Source of the DNA: a virus
Taxonomy: Duplodnaviria; Caudoviricetes
DNA length: 27,216 bases
Reading direction: 5' to 3' (one strand)
Virus record (IMG/VR): IMGVR_UViG_3300037484_001943
Location: 1-27,216 of that record
Shown piece after piece: positions 26,352-27,216 of the stretch. Positions within the stretch are counted from its first letter, which is position 1. Each line of letters begins with the position of its first letter. The notes under the pieces are model-generated. The model had not been told where the DNA came from, made no database searches, and saw nothing but the letters and a program-made list of their open reading frames with translations. The position numbers were made by a program, and so were the translations under genes.

Positions 26352-26960
26352 ATGAGCGTCAGCCGAATGAATGTCAGTCAGCACGCGGGTTGCAGCGCGG
26401 TCCGCGCCCGCAAGGCGGAAGACCAGCTTCAACCGCGCGGGCGGTTCGTGGTCGAGCACTTCCGCAAGGGCGAGAAGATCGGCCATTACGAGTTTCCCAA
26501 CGGGATCGCCAACGAGGGCAAGAACAAGCTGCTGGATGTCATGTTCCACGGCGTTTCGGCCATCACGACCTGGTGGCTGGGGCTGATCGACAACGCCGGC
26601 TACTCGGCGTTGGCGGCGACCGACACCTACGCAAACATTAACCAGACCGGCAACGGCTGGGACGAGTTCACCAACTACACGGACGCCGGCAACGGCGGCA
26701 GCGCCAGCACCCGGCCCGAGTGGACGGAGGGGGCGGCCTCCGGCCAGGCAATCACCAACGGCTCGCCGGTGGTCTTCGACATCACCGACAGCGGGACAGT
26801 CAAGGGCCTGTTCCTGGTGGGCGGGGCGGCCAACGCCCAGAACAAGAGCGACTACCAGGCGTCCGGGGCCGTGCTCTGGGCCACCGCCCTGTTCAATTCC
26901 GGCGACGTGCCCGTGAGCAATGGCGACCAGTTGAAGGTGACGTACACCGTCAGCGCGTAA
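26352..26960 (+). CDS. Minor tail protein following the tape measure (copy R), 202 aa
   Basis: GAGGA RBS; paralog of 8128-8736. Confidence 0.7.
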   Translation: MSVSRMNVSQHAGCSAVRARKAEDQLQPRGRFVVEHFRKGEKIGHYEFPNGIANEGKNKLLDVMFHGVSAITTWWLGLIDNAGYSALAATDTYANINQTGNGWDEFTNYTDAGNGGSASTRPEWTEGAASGQAITNGSPVVFDITDSGTVKGLFLVGGAANAQNKSDYQASGAVLWATALFNSGDVPVSNGDQLKVTYTVSA

Positions 26961-26975
26961 CGGGACTCCCTCGCC

Positions 26976-27025
26976 AAAGGTCGGGCGGGGTCTGTTACCA
27001 AGAGCCCCGCTCGGCCTTTCTTCTG
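26976..27025 (+). terminator. Terminator-like hairpin
   Basis: AAAGGTCGGGCGGGG (26976-26990) pairs with CCCCGCTCGGCCTTT (27005-27019) using two G-U pairs, and is followed by CTTCT. Confidence 0.55.
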
Positions 27026-27048
27026 TGTAGCCCCGCTGGGAGGTTCTG

Positions 27049-27216
27049 ATGTCTCTGCTCTGGCTTGATGGTTTTGAGTGGCTGGGGACCAATGTAGACA
27101 ACTACATTACCGGCAGTCGCTTCAGCAAGAAGTACGTCTCCGCTCCCAACGAGGGCTATGTGCGCCTGCGATCCGGGCGCACAGGGGGCTATGCCGTCGA
27201 GCCGGCCTATAGTTAG
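27049..27216 (+). CDS. Short or truncated phage protein (MSLLWLDGFEW..., 55 aa)
   Basis: GGGAGG RBS, ATG 27049, open frame ending in TAG at 27214-27216. Not in the supplied ORF track. Confidence 0.5.
   Translation: MSLLWLDGFEWLGTNVDNYITGSRFSKKYVSAPNEGYVRLRSGRTGGYAVEPAYS

Noticed and set aside
22-27216. Dedicated tailocin, contractile injection system or gene transfer agent
   Set aside because: No sheath, lysis or regulatory genes are visible. The absence of head genes is explained by truncation at the RIT, and the left copy is decaying. It cannot be fully excluded without wider context.

Overview
GC-rich bacterial window with near mirror symmetry. Two diverged, paralogous siphovirus-type (no sheath gene seen) neck/tail operons point away from each other: a left copy on the minus strand (about 15.9 kb down to 22) and a right copy on the plus strand (about 19.4 kb to the window end). 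Between them is a 3.37-kb RIT (recombinase-in-trio) element with three overlapping tyrosine recombinases and 29-bp terminal inverted repeats. Both RIT ends abut the same codon of a paralogous small gene, and only its 3' end survives on each side, so both operons lack their upstream part here. This points to target-specific insertion plus rearrangement, or to a misassembly through the RIT. The shared gene order is head-closure-like, tail terminator-like, tail tube, chaperone with a conserved -1 frameshift signal, HK97-gp10-like, tape measure, then a ~200-aa tail protein. The left copy continues with distal-tail-like, fibre and hub genes but carries two in-frame nonsense codons and a palindromic insertion. 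Product names come from motif recognition and synteny only; no database search was run.
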